DNA from: Desulfomicrobium sp.
GTDB lineage: Bacteria > Desulfobacterota > Desulfovibrionia > Desulfovibrionales > Desulfomicrobiaceae
Reading direction: 5' to 3'
Length of the DNA stretch: 64,000 nt
Assembly (NCBI GenBank): GCA_040768745.1
Contig: JAXGMI010000001.1
Span: forward strand, 384,001-448,000
Of the stretch, positions 48,056 to 58,751 are shown piece by piece (position 1 is the first letter of the stretch; the number at the start of each line of letters is the position of its first letter). Below the pieces are notes generated by a model. The model worked only from the letters and a program-made list of their open reading frames with translations. It was not told the DNA's origin and did not search any database. A program made the position numbers and the translations under genes.

Positions 48056-51000
48056 AACGCCCTCAAAGAACGCCCGCCGGGGTGGAGCGGGCAGCCCGGC
48101 CCAAGGCATTCGGCGTTCTGCGAGGACTGCATGCATCGCAGGACGTGGTTGACGCTGAGAGCTACGGGCAGCAGCTTCGCAGAAAGTTCGGCCGCTTTGT
48201 TCAGGGCGATCCAGCCATCACGCTGGCAGCAGCGGGCCGCCTTGAAGCGGGCGATCTCGGCCAGCACTGCCTGGGTCACGCCCTGGACCTGCTTGCGCTC
48301 CCGGGCTTTGATCGGGTTGGCGTCGAGCAGCAGGCTGTAAGCGATGCCCACTCCCACCGCCGCACCGCAGACTCCCATGAACCCGCAGAACCCGCCGGCG
48401 ATGCCCCTGCCGCGAGAGATGGCCGTCTCGATCAATTTCTCCGACACCTCGCCTCCGAGGTTCCTGTAGGCGGTCAGGATGATGCCGGGGATCATTGCGT
48501 GGTACTCCGGTCCATGCACGGGCACTGCCGGATGCTGCCGAATCTGTACGAAGAGCTTCAGCATGTCCTTCTCAGTGCTGGAGAGACAGATATGCCTGAT
48601 GACCTCCACGGCGTCGGCCCCATGGCAGGCGTCACAGACAAAATGTCCGTTCTCGCACTGCCCGCTGGCCCGGAAAGAAAGCCCGCAATAGGCGCAGGAC
48701 CGCTCCTGGTCCCCGCGGAAATAGGTCAGGGGTGCTCCGCAGACCATGCACCCGGTGCCCTGTTTCAGCGCTGCCGTGGCGTCCGAAGCGGGAGCCCGGC
48801 TTTTTTCGGGCGGCCTGTAGCAGGCGCAGGTGTTTTCGGCCTCGACATTGAGCGTGGTCCCGTCCGAGCCGAGCTGGAAAACCTGGTCCCCCAGAAGGTC
48901 GGCCTCCTGGCGGGTCACGGCCACCGTCGCCCCCTTGGGCAGGAGCGTACCGGAGGCCAGGAGCAGGTACGGCAGCGGACCGCGGTACATGACATCGACA
49001 GAGTCTTCGTTCAGGGGCTTCTGCGCCGAAAATGTCAGGGAAAAGAAGGGATGTCCGGCCACCTGGCGATAGGGGAACCGCTTGAGCAGGCGTACGCCCG
49101 TGAAGCCCAGCTCCTCAAGCAGTGCGCAGAGGTGCGCAATGTTCAGGGCCCCAGCGATGCACTCGCCCCGAAGCATCTCGTCGTTGCGGATGGCGGCGTC
49201 GGGTTCGGACTCGCAGACCACGTCGGAGATGACCAGACGCCCGCCCGGCCGCAGTACCCGCAGAATTTCGGAGAAAGCCCGCCGCTTGTCGGTCGACAGG
49301 TTCATGACGCAATTGGACACGACCACGTCGGCCGATTCGTCCTGCAGGGGCAGGCTCTCCAGATAGCCGCCGCGGAAATCGAGGTTGTCGTATCCGAGGT
49401 TCGCGGCCACCTGAGGTTGGGCCTTGCGGGCCAGGTGGAGCATGGAGTCGAGCATGTCCACGCCGATCACGGATCCGTCCGGGCCCACAAGCCTGGAGGC
49501 AATGAAGCACTCCACGCCCGCACCACACCCCAGGTCGACCACCCTCTCGGTCGGCCGGACATCCGCATCCAGCACCGGGCTGCCGCAACCGTAGCCGCGA
49601 AAGCGGAATGCCTCGGGGACGTGCGCGATGAGATCCGGAGCGTAACAGACGGGGTTGAGAATGCCCTCCTTGGTGTCTCCGGCTGCCTGCGTGTAGAACT
49701 CCTTGATGGAGGTCAGGCTGTCCTGCTGCGCCGTGGCCAGGAGGCAGTTCGAATGCAGAAAGGCGACATTGCCGTGCGCCCCGCACGACCGCAGAGTCTC
49801 ACCCATTTGCAGCACGATTCCCGGCTTGACCGGACGGGGATGTTTTCGCGCCTCGCGGGCGATCAGCCACAGGGCCAGACGCTGATGCAGGGGTTCGTAT
49901 GGGTCGTCGCCCATGAAGCTGCCCTTGTGCACATAGCTGTGATCCATGTCGCCGCCGCCAAGGATGAAGCGCCACGGGGACTGGATTTGCGCCACGCTGG
50001 TGCCGCGAATGCGTTGCAGGATCGGACTTTCGAGCCGGGCTTCGAGGAGGCCGTCGGGCATGTCTGTGGCCAGCTCGGGTCTGCCCACCAGGGCGGCCGA
50101 TGGGTAGAGACGGCCATCGGGACCTACGGCCAGAGACTCCCAGCCTCCGGATGACCCGTCATGGATCGTGCCGGCCGGGGCGAATATCTGTGATTTCAGG
50201 GCCTCGACATTGTCGATGCCCACGCCCCGGCGCTCGGCCAGGTCTGTCGCGCGGGTGAGATTGTCGAATATGTCATCCAGTGGAGGGAACTTTTCCGGCG
50301 TCCCGCGTCCTTCCACGAAATACCACATGAAATGGACGTTCCCCGCCCCACGATCGGCCGCGAAATCAATGACATCCATCATCTGCGCGACATTGTCCCG
50401 CGTCACGCACATGGACAGCGTGAAGGGGACAGCCCGCTCGCGAAGTCCGTGCAGGGTGCGGCACAGGCGGGTGAAGGCGCCCTGGCCCCGCAGCAGATCG
50501 TGCGTGTCCCCCAGGCCGTCCAGGCTGATCTGGACGTGGAACCTCTCCGGGTCCGGCGTGTTGCGATCTAGAAAAGCAAGGAGCTTCAGGCCGTTGGTCA
50601 GCATCACGAGATGCGTGTCCCGCCTGGAAAGAATGCCATCGACTATGGCGTCTATCTCCGCATGGACAAGAGGCTCTCCGCCGGTCAGGGCGAACAGGCG
50701 GCATCCGGTTTCGTAGGACTCCTCGACAATGGCCGAAACAGAACCGGCCGACAGTTCCGTGTCATCTTTCGGCGAGCAGGTGAAAAGGCAGTGCGCGCAC
50801 GTCAAGTTGCACCGGTTGGTGACATGAAACCACAGCTCCCGCACCGGACCCAGCTCAACCTGCCTGTCTCTTCCCAGATACGAGGCTTTGCGAATCCGGG
50901 GAATCCGCGCGAGAAAGGCTTCCCCCTCAGGGCCGGCACACGTCGAATCTGAAAGCCGCTGAAGAATGGAGTCCCCTGCCGGATTAGGGACAAACCAGTG

Positions 51001-51075
51001 CGGTTCTTCGAGGCTGACAAAAATTGGCTGGCCCATGGATTCATAACGATTCCAGGAATTCAAAAATAGTTCCAT
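48052..51075 (-). CDS. Radical SAM plus ArsM-like SAM methyltransferase plus Cys-rich DUF5714 fusion protein
   Basis: CNLTCAHC, TGGEP; GYGCGSP, DLGCGAG, SNCVMNL, GECIAGA; HGPEYH, CGFMGVCGAA, RCCQR. Confidence 0.85.
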   Translation of the reverse strand: MELFLNSWNRYESMGQPIFVSLEEPHWFVPNPAGDSILQRLSDSTCAGPEGEAFLARIPRIRKASYLGRDRQVELGPVRELWFHVTNRCNLTCAHCLFTCSPKDDTELSAGSVSAIVEESYETGCRLFALTGGEPLVHAEIDAIVDGILSRRDTHLVMLTNGLKLLAFLDRNTPDPERFHVQISLDGLGDTHDLLRGQGAFTRLCRTLHGLRERAVPFTLSMCVTRDNVAQMMDVIDFAADRGAGNVHFMWYFVEGRGTPEKFPPLDDIFDNLTRATDLAERRGVGIDNVEALKSQIFAPAGTIHDGSSGGWESLAVGPDGRLYPSAALVGRPELATDMPDGLLEARLESPILQRIRGTSVAQIQSPWRFILGGGDMDHSYVHKGSFMGDDPYEPLHQRLALWLIAREARKHPRPVKPGIVLQMGETLRSCGAHGNVAFLHSNCLLATAQQDSLTSIKEFYTQAAGDTKEGILNPVCYAPDLIAHVPEAFRFRGYGCGSPVLDADVRPTERVVDLGCGAGVECFIASRLVGPDGSVIGVDMLDSMLHLARKAQPQVAANLGYDNLDFRGGYLESLPLQDESADVVVSNCVMNLSTDKRRAFSEILRVLRPGGRLVISDVVCESEPDAAIRNDEMLRGECIAGALNIAHLCALLEELGFTGVRLLKRFPYRQVAGHPFFSLTFSAQKPLNEDSVDVMYRGPLPYLLLASGTLLPKGATVAVTRQEADLLGDQVFQLGSDGTTLNVEAENTCACYRPPEKSRAPASDATAALKQGTGCMVCGAPLTYFRGDQERSCAYCGLSFRASGQCENGHFVCDACHGADAVEVIRHICLSSTEKDMLKLFVQIRQHPAVPVHGPEYHAMIPGIILTAYRNLGGEVSEKLIETAISRGRGIAGGFCGFMGVCGAAVGVGIAYSLLLDANPIKARERKQVQGVTQAVLAEIARFKAARCCQRDGWIALNKAAELSAKLLPVALSVNHVLRCMQSSQNAECLGPGCPLHPGGRSLRAL

Positions 51076-51382
51076 TAAAACTTTATCCTATTGTAATTCA
51101 ATAACAATAAAATACACTGTTCATGGAATACAATTTCTTGTTCAACATCGTCCTGACTCGCAATCAATTCGACGTATTGTTATTCTTTTTACAGGGAGGC
51201 TTCGTCCAGTTTATGCAGATAATGAACGACCTCCCAGCCATGCATGGTCATGGATTTTCTGCGGACCCACTCCCTCAGTCGGGATGTCATGGAACCCAAG
51301 CTGTGGGCCAGACAGTTTTTTGCAGGTGCCAACACCCTGGCCGGAGAGCCCTTTTCCGTTCATCCCGGCTTTCTCCCGGAGT

Positions 51383-52579
51383 TCAGGCATTAACCCACCC
51401 CCAGACCGCGTGCACGGGATCGGAATGCTGGATCATGGGGTAATACCGGTCCCGGGCGTCCATGGGCCGGGGCCACCCGCGTTCGGACAAGGTATGGAGG
51501 CCCTGGAAACGGCCGCTCAACCGGAACATCTGGGCAACCATCGCCACGCGCTCAAATTCGTGCAGTTCTGTCCAAATCCGCACGGCCTGGTCCGGGAACC
51601 AGCGGTGTGAAAAAACCATGACGCACAAACCCCCCGGTTCAAGCACCCGTGCAACCTCCCGGAACACGTCCACCGGACGGGTCAGGTACTCCACGGACAG
51701 GCTGCAGACCACGGCGTCGAAAGATCCTTCCCCATAAGGCAGGACAGGGTTGGCGTTCAGGTCGTGCACGAGAAACGTTGACAAGGCCGGATTGTCGGCC
51801 AGCTCCTCCGCGTTCATGCCCAGCCCCGAGGCTGTCACCCCGTGGGGCAGGTGGGACTGCCAGCCGGCCATGAGGTCCAGGATGCGCTTCTTGCCGGTCA
51901 GGAGGCTCGCGTAGATGCCCTCGATGACGGCCCTGGCCTGGCTGTCTACGTGGGCAACCTTGCGCGGGGTGGAGTAGAACGCGGCATCGTTCCCCCCCAG
52001 CGGTTTGTCCAGGGGCCTGCCCAGACCGAAATCCATGCCCTGGGCAGGCTTCCTTTTCAGCCCCGGACCGTCGGTCAGGGCGCAGATCCAATCCTGGCAC
52101 TGTCCCCCGAACTCGGCAGTCTTGGCCCAGACATCCAACGCCGCAATGTCCAGTTCCGCGTGGACGCCAGCCAAAGGGTGATTCAGATCCACTGTCAGCG
52201 TGGTCTCGTCCATGTCGATGACGCGGAACGGGTTGATATTCTGGGGGAAAATTCCAGGCAGGCCGCGCAACACCCCCTGGGGATAGAAACGGCCCCGCAC
52301 CGGTACGATGCCCGTCATCCCGGGCTTGAAGCTGGACCGGGAAACACGCTGCACCTTGCCTTCATCACGGCACGGCAGATGGATTCCAGGCATGAAAGGC
52401 ACACGGATGGACGACCCTTTCTCCAGTCCGGTCAACGCTTTTCCCAACTCCCCTGGAAAATAATCACGCCACATGTTCACGTTCTGGGCATAGAACCTGT
52501 CTTCGTGGCAGATGTCGTGTTCCTCCCAGTGCAGACGGAAATGGACATTGGCCAGGGTGTCTGTGCAAATGGCGGTCAT
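51383..52579 (-). CDS. Methyltransferase type 11 with N-terminal FKBP/SlyD-like region
   Basis: VDLNHPLAG; FY..PR.V.HVD, LDLMAGWQSHLP, LGMNAEEL, SVEYLTRP, FSHRWFP. Confidence 0.8.
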   Translation of the reverse strand: MTAICTDTLANVHFRLHWEEHDICHEDRFYAQNVNMWRDYFPGELGKALTGLEKGSSIRVPFMPGIHLPCRDEGKVQRVSRSSFKPGMTGIVPVRGRFYPQGVLRGLPGIFPQNINPFRVIDMDETTLTVDLNHPLAGVHAELDIAALDVWAKTAEFGGQCQDWICALTDGPGLKRKPAQGMDFGLGRPLDKPLGGNDAAFYSTPRKVAHVDSQARAVIEGIYASLLTGKKRILDLMAGWQSHLPHGVTASGLGMNAEELADNPALSTFLVHDLNANPVLPYGEGSFDAVVCSLSVEYLTRPVDVFREVARVLEPGGLCVMVFSHRWFPDQAVRIWTELHEFERVAMVAQMFRLSGRFQGLHTLSERGWPRPMDARDRYYPMIQHSDPVHAVWGWVNA

Positions 52580-52669
52580 GACTGCCTCCAATTTTTACGT
52601 AATGAGAATTTTTTCTATTAATAGGAGAACGCCGGCAGTCAAGAACCGAGCGCCCTGCGAAATTCAGAC

Positions 52670-52694
52670 AAAAAAAGGCGTCCCCATGGACGCC
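52670..52694 (-). terminator. Intrinsic terminator after ferredoxin
   Basis: ggcgtcc-4 nt-ggacgcc plus T7 on minus strand. Confidence 0.75.
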
Positions 52695-52721
52695 CCAGTC
52701 ATGGAGTTTGAACCAGCAATC

Positions 52722-52916
52722 CTATTCGATGACTTCGATGCAGTCGTCAGGACAGTATGCTGCGGCCTTGCGGGCCAGATCTTCCTCGCAAGGGTTTTTC
52801 AGCACCATGGCCACATGCGCCCCCTCGTCGTAGGCAAAAATATCCGGGGCCATTTCCACACAAGCCAGACAACCCGAGCAACAGGGCCGGTTCAGGGCCA
52901 CTTCCACCATTCTCAT
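52722..52916 (-). CDS. Monocluster ferredoxin
   Basis: CSGCLAC...AP..F...CPDDCI. Confidence 0.85.
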   Translation of the reverse strand: MRMVEVALNRPCCSGCLACVEMAPDIFAYDEGAHVAMVLKNPCEEDLARKAAAYCPDDCIEVIE

Positions 52917-54067
52917 CGCACTCCTCCCAGATATTTTTCAAGCCGCCGCATGCCTTCTCCGATGTTCTCGATGGAATTGGCGTAGGAAAAACGGATGTAC
53001 CCCTCGCCTCCTGGCCCGAAATCCACGCCCGGCGCCACACCCACGCCAGCCCGCTCCAACAGGTCGAAGGTGAACTGCATGGAGTCGCTGGTGAACTTCC
53101 TGGCGTTGGCAAAAACATAAAAAGCGCCCGTGGGCTCGACCTTGATGCCGAAGCCAAGCTCCCGCAGTCGGTCGATCATAAACCTGCGGCGCTGGTCGTA
53201 GATGGCTTTCATGCGCTCCACATCCGGCCCGGCCTGGGTCAAGGCGGCCACTCCGGCCCACTGGGCGATGGAACTGGTGCACAGAAAAAAGTTCTGCTGC
53301 ATGGTCTGCAGACGGTTCATGTAGCCCCTGGGCGCGATGACAAATCCAAGCCTCCAGCCAGTCATGGCGTACAGTTTGGAGAACCCGTTGAAAACGAAGC
53401 AGTTGTCCGTAAATTCCAGGGCCGAATGTTCCTCTCCGGCATAGACCAGACCGTGATAGATCTCATCGGAAAAAATTGGGACTCCCAACTCAGCCAGATC
53501 CCGGAACACCTCCGGACTGACCAAGGTGCCCGTGGGATTGGCCGGGGAATTGACCAGGATGCCGCGCACGTCTTCACCCATGCGGGCCTTGACCCGGTCA
53601 ATGCGGAATTGGAACCCGTCTTCCTCGCGGACCGGCACAAAGTCCGGCACAGCTCCGGTGAAACGGATGAAGTTCGGGTAGCAGGCGTAGCTGGGGTCAG
53701 AGAGCAGGACCCGGTCTCCGGGTTGGAACAGGAGCGAGAAAACGAGCAGCATGGACGGCGACGTGCCCGAGGTGACAAGCACCTGGTCGGGATGGACCGG
53801 GACGCCGTACTTGGCATGATAGTGGGCGCAGATGGCCTCACGCAGCTCGATGATGCCCAGGGAATGGGTGTACTGGCAGCGACCGTCGCGGATGGCCTTG
53901 CAGGCGGCCTCCTTGACGCACTCGGGCGTGTCGAAATCGGGCTCTCCGATCTGCAGATGCACAATGTCCCGTCCTTTCTTTTCCAGGGCGCAGGCCCGCT
54001 CCAGGACGTCCATGACCTTGAAGGAACTCAAATCCTGGCAGCATGGGTTGATGCGGCATTCGTTCAT
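52913..54067 (-). CDS. PLP-dependent aminotransferase class I/II (aspartate aminotransferase-like)
   Basis: IGEPDF, NSPANPTG, SDEIYH, NGFSKLYAMTGWRLG. Confidence 0.92.
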   Translation of the reverse strand: MNECRINPCCQDLSSFKVMDVLERACALEKKGRDIVHLQIGEPDFDTPECVKEAACKAIRDGRCQYTHSLGIIELREAICAHYHAKYGVPVHPDQVLVTSGTSPSMLLVFSLLFQPGDRVLLSDPSYACYPNFIRFTGAVPDFVPVREEDGFQFRIDRVKARMGEDVRGILVNSPANPTGTLVSPEVFRDLAELGVPIFSDEIYHGLVYAGEEHSALEFTDNCFVFNGFSKLYAMTGWRLGFVIAPRGYMNRLQTMQQNFFLCTSSIAQWAGVAALTQAGPDVERMKAIYDQRRRFMIDRLRELGFGIKVEPTGAFYVFANARKFTSDSMQFTFDLLERAGVGVAPGVDFGPGGEGYIRFSYANSIENIGEGMRRLEKYLGGVR

Positions 54068-54347
54068 TACATTCCCCCTCATGAGTAAAGATAGGGGCGG
54101 CTTATACCCGTTCACGCCAAATCTCAAATCCGATCAAGGGAGGCGGTCATGGCGCCTTGCGTCCGCCCGCCTCCCATATTATGGCTTCGCCACTTTGCGT
54201 TCGGACCGACCCAGCGCAACGCCAAATCACAACGTATTCCATTTCCTTTCCCGTCAACGACGATTTTGCGGCCACGGCCCACCCGCGCGCAAACCACGCG
54301 GCCGGCTGCAGGACGCGTTGATACGGAAAAGCGATGAAGGAGATAGC

Positions 54348-55448
54348 ATGGGACTGAGCATAGGCATCGTGGGCCTGCCCAACGTGGGCAAATCCACCCT
54401 TTTCAACGCGCTGACCAAGGCCCAGAACGCCGAAAGCGCCAACTACCCGTTCTGCACCATCGAGCCCAACAAGGCAGTGGTTCCTGTGCCGGACCCGCGT
54501 CTGTACAAACTGGAGGAACTGGTCAATCCCCAGAAGGTGGTTCAGGCCACCGTGGATTTCATCGACATCGCCGGGCTGGTCAAGGGCGCGAGCCAGGGCG
54601 AGGGGCTGGGGAACCAGTTCCTGGCCAATATCCGCGAATGCGACGCCATCCTGCACGTGGTGCGCTGCTTCGAGAACGGCGACGTCATCCACGTCAGCGG
54701 CTCCGTGGACCCCATCCGGGACATCGAGATCATCGACACCGAGCTCGTCCTGGCCGACCTGCAGGCCGCCGAGCGCAAGGCCGACCGCCTGGCCAAGCAG
54801 CTCAAGGGCGACAAGAAGCTCGGCGTTCAGCTGGAACTGCTGCAGAAGCTCATCAGTCACCTGAACGCAGGCAAACCGGCCTCCGAACTCGAAGAACTGA
54901 AAAGCGACCTCGGAGCCGAACTGCGCAAGGACCTGCTGCTCATCACCTTCAAACCCGTCATCTACGGCATGAACGTGGACGAGGGGGGGCTGGCCGAGGA
55001 CAACGATTTCGTGCGGCAGGTTCGCGCCCTGACCGAAGCCCGCGGCTCCCGGGCCGTGAAGATCTCGGCCCGCATCGAGGAGGAGCTGGTCGGCCTCTCG
55101 CCCGAAGAGGCCCAGGAGTTCCTGGCCTCCTACGGCGTGACCGAGTCGGGCCTGGATCTCGTCATCCGCACGGGCTACGAGATGCTCGGTCTGTGCTCCT
55201 ATTTCACGGCCGGGCCCAAGGAAGTCCGGGCCTGGACGATTCGCCAGGGCTGCAAGGCCCCCCAGGCCGCGGGCGTCATCCACACGGATTTTGAGCGCGG
55301 CTTCATCCGGGCCGAGGTCATCGCCTTCGACGACTACGTCAGGCACGGGTCCGAGGCCAAATGCCGCGCCGCAGGGGTGCTGCGGGTCGAGGGCAAAGAA
55401 TACGTGCTCAAGGACGGCGATGTGGTCCACTTCCTCTTCAACGTCTAG
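54348..55448 (+). CDS. ychF: Redox-regulated ribosome-binding ATPase YchF
   Basis: [45 protein letters not shown]. Confidence 0.97.
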   Translation: MGLSIGIVGLPNVGKSTLFNALTKAQNAESANYPFCTIEPNKAVVPVPDPRLYKLEELVNPQKVVQATVDFIDIAGLVKGASQGEGLGNQFLANIRECDAILHVVRCFENGDVIHVSGSVDPIRDIEIIDTELVLADLQAAERKADRLAKQLKGDKKLGVQLELLQKLISHLNAGKPASELEELKSDLGAELRKDLLLITFKPVIYGMNVDEGGLAEDNDFVRQVRALTEARGSRAVKISARIEEELVGLSPEEAQEFLASYGVTESGLDLVIRTGYEMLGLCSYFTAGPKEVRAWTIRQGCKAPQAAGVIHTDFERGFIRAEVIAFDDYVRHGSEAKCRAAGVLRVEGKEYVLKDGDVVHFLFNV

Positions 55449-55593
55449 GAGGCCGCCCGAAACCCGTCTCCAAAATCGGCGTACCCATGCTGGGCCCACG
55501 CACGCCTTGCCACACGGGTTTTGAACGACCTCAACCTTTTGGATTTTATGAAGAAGGCCTGCAACACCAAGAATTTTCAACAGGCTCCAGGGG

Positions 55594-56346
55594 ATGAACA
55601 TGCTTGAGAACATCGACGTCATCCTCTTCCGCCCCAAATACCCCGAGAACATCGGCTCCGTGGCTCGTGCCTGCCTGAACATGGGCTGCGGCCAGATCGT
55701 GCTCGTGGACCCATGGAACTGGGACCTGGAAAAGGCCCTGCCTCTGGCCACGCACCACGCCCGGCACCTACTGGACACCGTGCGCATCCACTCCACTCTG
55801 GCCGAGGCCCTGGCGCCCTATTCCTTCTCCTATGGCACCACGGCCCGCACGGGCGGCTGGCGCAAAGCCATCCAGACCCCTGAGGAGGCCGCTCCACAGA
55901 TCATCGAGCAGCGCAATTCCGGGGGCCAGGTCGCCATCGTCTTCGGCCCCGAGGACAAGGGCCTGACCAACGACGAGACGGAGCTGTGCAACCACCTCCT
56001 GACCATCCCCACCACCGGAAGCCTGACGTCGCTGAACCTCAGCCAGGCGGTCATGGTCATGCTCTACGAGTGCTTCAAGAATTCCCTGACCAAGCCGTTC
56101 AAGGTCGCCGGATATCCCAAGGAGCGCTATATCAACCATGAGGAACGCGAGATTCTTTTCGCGCAGCTGCGCGAAACCCTCATGGACATCGACTATCTGA
56201 AGCCCGACAACCCGGACTACTTCATGCTCTCCATCAAACGCTTCCTGAACCGGGTCAACCCGAGGCTGAACGAATACAACCAGCTCATGGGTCTGTGCCG
56301 GCAGCTCCGGCGCATCGTGCGCATCGCCAAGAGCCGTCAGGCTTGA
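55594..56346 (+). CDS. trmJ: TrmJ/YjtD family SPOUT RNA methyltransferase
   Basis: PENIGSVARA, FGPEDKGLTNDE, SLNLSQAV. Confidence 0.85.
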   Translation: MNMLENIDVILFRPKYPENIGSVARACLNMGCGQIVLVDPWNWDLEKALPLATHHARHLLDTVRIHSTLAEALAPYSFSYGTTARTGGWRKAIQTPEEAAPQIIEQRNSGGQVAIVFGPEDKGLTNDETELCNHLLTIPTTGSLTSLNLSQAVMVMLYECFKNSLTKPFKVAGYPKERYINHEEREILFAQLRETLMDIDYLKPDNPDYFMLSIKRFLNRVNPRLNEYNQLMGLCRQLRRIVRIAKSRQA

Positions 56347-56400
56347 TCCCGGACCGCTTCGCCCCGAACCGGTCCGAGACGTTGCCGGCCTCCCGCGGCG

Positions 56401-57120
56401 TCATCTTTCCCCGCAGGCGCTTCCCGGCCGGTTCCGCAGCTCCTCGATGAGCTGGATCTGCATGTCCTGAATCTCCAGCAGCCTCTGCCACTGCCGCGTC
56501 AGCAGGTGGTCCATCTTCTCGTTCAGGTGCTTTATCTCGAGCTCGGCCTTGAGGTTGACCTGGTAGTCGTTCTCGGAACGCAGGCGGTCCTTAGCCTCCT
56601 GGCGGTTCTGGCTCATCATGATGACCGGGGCCTGCAGGGCTGCCAGACACGAGAGCACAAGGTTGAGCAGGATAAAGGGGTAGGGGTCGAAGGCCTGCGC
56701 CGCCTGGTACGCGTTCCAGCAGATCCAGACCACGAGCATGCCGGCGAAGATGAGGATGAACTTCCAGCTGCCGCCGAAGTCGGCCAGCCTGTCGGCCAGA
56801 CGTTCGCCCAGGGTCAGGGAGTCCGAGTATTCCTCGTTGATGTTGGAGGAAAGCAGCTCCTGTTCCCGCAGGCTGCGCAGCACGTCCTCCTCCAACCGCG
56901 TCAGCTCGCCCTTCTCCTCCTCCAGCATTTCCGCCAGGTACCGATCCCTGAACTCGTTCAACTCCTCGGCGCAGACGCGGCTTTCGTCATGAAGGCCGGG
57001 ATGCAGGGCCATGATGAAACGTTGCAGCGAGGGCCGCAGCGCGGAGATGGGCACAAGGCTCTGAAGATCGCCGCTGCGGCCGCAAATGGCGCAGGCTTCG
57101 GCTGATGGAATTTCGGACAT
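56401..57120 (-). CDS. DUF1003 family membrane protein
   Basis: FGGSW, FDPYPFILLNLVLSCLAALQAPVIMMSQNRQ. Confidence 0.92.
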   Translation of the reverse strand: MSEIPSAEACAICGRSGDLQSLVPISALRPSLQRFIMALHPGLHDESRVCAEELNEFRDRYLAEMLEEEKGELTRLEEDVLRSLREQELLSSNINEEYSDSLTLGERLADRLADFGGSWKFILIFAGMLVVWICWNAYQAAQAFDPYPFILLNLVLSCLAALQAPVIMMSQNRQEAKDRLRSENDYQVNLKAELEIKHLNEKMDHLLTRQWQRLLEIQDMQIQLIEELRNRPGSACGER

Positions 57121-57188
57121 GACAGACTCCTTTTTCGGTATCGGATCATCCGCATCGCACTGGCCGCAGCCATCCCGGGTCAAACACA

Positions 57189-58643
57189 TCACCGACGGCC
57201 CATGGCCTGGCCCAATCGCCGTATTCCTTCCTCGATAATATCCTCGCTGTTGGACGCGAAGTTCAGCCGCATGCAGCCTTCGCCTTTTTCGGGATCGAGG
57301 TAGAAATTCCCGCCCGGCGCAAAAATCACCCCCTCGGCACAGGCTTTGACCAGCAGATCCGAAGCCCGAATCCCGTCCGGCAGCCTGGTCCAGACAAAAA
57401 GACCGCCCTTGGGGCGCACCCACGACGACCCTGCGGGCATATGCCGCTCCAGGGCGGCCAGCATGGCGTCCCGGCGGCGGCGATACACCGTGCAGGAGCG
57501 CTGCAGGTGGGCTGAATAGCGGCCCACGGACACGTAGTCCCGCAAGGCGCGCTGGATCAGGTTACAGGTGGCCAGGTCGTGGCAGCGCTTGGAACGGACC
57601 AGATGATCGTAGACGGGCCCGTCGGCGACCACGAAGCCCACCCGCAGGCCGGGGATGAGCATTTTGGAAAACGTGCTGACGTAGATAACCCGCCCGTCCG
57701 GATCCAGGGACTTGAGGGTGGGCTGGGCACGGCCCTCGTAGCGGATGTCCCCGACGTAGTCGTCCTCCAGAATGGGCACGTCGAAACGGCCAGCCAGATT
57801 GATGAGCTGTCTGCGGCGCTGACCGCTCAGGCAGGCCCCGGTGGGGTTGTGAAAATTGGGGATGGTGTACACGAGGCCGGGGCGGTGTCGCACCAGGACC
57901 TCCTCCAGCGCCTCCATATCCATGCCCTCTTCGTCGACACCCACCGAGTGGATGGCCAAACCCCGGGCACGGAAAACATCCAGGGCTCCGGCGTAGGTCG
58001 GCCGTTCCACCACCACTCCCTGGCCTGGAACCAGAAGCAGCGCGGCTGTCAGGGACAGGGCCTGCTGGGATCCGGCGGTGATGAGGATGCTGTCCGCGCC
58101 CGTCTGGATGCCCTGGCTGGCCAGAACCTGGGCCAGGGTCACGCGCAGGGGCCGGTAGCCGGCTATCTCCCCGTATTCGACGGACGCAGAGCCGTCCCGT
58201 CGCATGACTTGGCCCAGCATCCTGCGGAACTCGTCCATGGGGAAGAGCCTGGGGTCGCAGGCCCCGCCGTCCAGGGCGATCCAGTCCGTCTGGCGGCTGG
58301 CCTCGGGCAGGTAGGCGCTCATGGCCTCGTAGCCGCCGTACCGCAGCCGCCCCTGCCAGGCGGGCCAGTCCCCGGAACGGGATGCCGCGGCCGGTTCGCC
58401 CGGCGCGTGCGCCAGCACGTAGAAGCCGCTGCCCTGGCGGGAAGCGACGAGGCCCTCGGCCATGAGTTTGGCGTAGGCGCTCTCCACCGTGCCACGATTC
58501 ACGCCCAGACTCGCGGCCAGAGTTCGCACCGCCGGCAGCCGCACACCAGGGCGCAGGTTGCCGGTCAGGATGCTGTCCCGAAGGTGGTCGCTGATCTGTG
58601 CATAGAGTGGCAACCGCGAATCCGGATCAAGGGCCAGGCGCAT
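57189..58643 (-). CDS. MocR/GabR family PLP-dependent GntR regulator
   Basis: N-terminal GntR wHTH; ILEDDY, STFSK..PGLRVG. Confidence 0.92.
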   Translation of the reverse strand: MRLALDPDSRLPLYAQISDHLRDSILTGNLRPGVRLPAVRTLAASLGVNRGTVESAYAKLMAEGLVASRQGSGFYVLAHAPGEPAAASRSGDWPAWQGRLRYGGYEAMSAYLPEASRQTDWIALDGGACDPRLFPMDEFRRMLGQVMRRDGSASVEYGEIAGYRPLRVTLAQVLASQGIQTGADSILITAGSQQALSLTAALLLVPGQGVVVERPTYAGALDVFRARGLAIHSVGVDEEGMDMEALEEVLVRHRPGLVYTIPNFHNPTGACLSGQRRRQLINLAGRFDVPILEDDYVGDIRYEGRAQPTLKSLDPDGRVIYVSTFSKMLIPGLRVGFVVADGPVYDHLVRSKRCHDLATCNLIQRALRDYVSVGRYSAHLQRSCTVYRRRRDAMLAALERHMPAGSSWVRPKGGLFVWTRLPDGIRASDLLVKACAEGVIFAPGGNFYLDPEKGEGCMRLNFASNSEDIIEEGIRRLGQAMGRR

Positions 58644-58654
58644 GGGACTCTCCG

Positions 58655-58710
58655 AAAATTGGACTGGTCATTTTTTTAAAAAATTGCCCCTTCTGGGAGG
58701 GCCAATTTTT
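58655..58710. promoter_or_regulatory. Putative MocR-type operator (two direct plus one inverted AAAATTG motif)
   Basis: aaaattgg (58655), aaaaattgccc (58679), gggccaattttt (to 58710) between divergent regulator and transporter. Confidence 0.55.
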
Positions 58711-58751
58711 CTCTAGACCACCTTCCATTCCAGCACAAGAAGGAGAAAATC

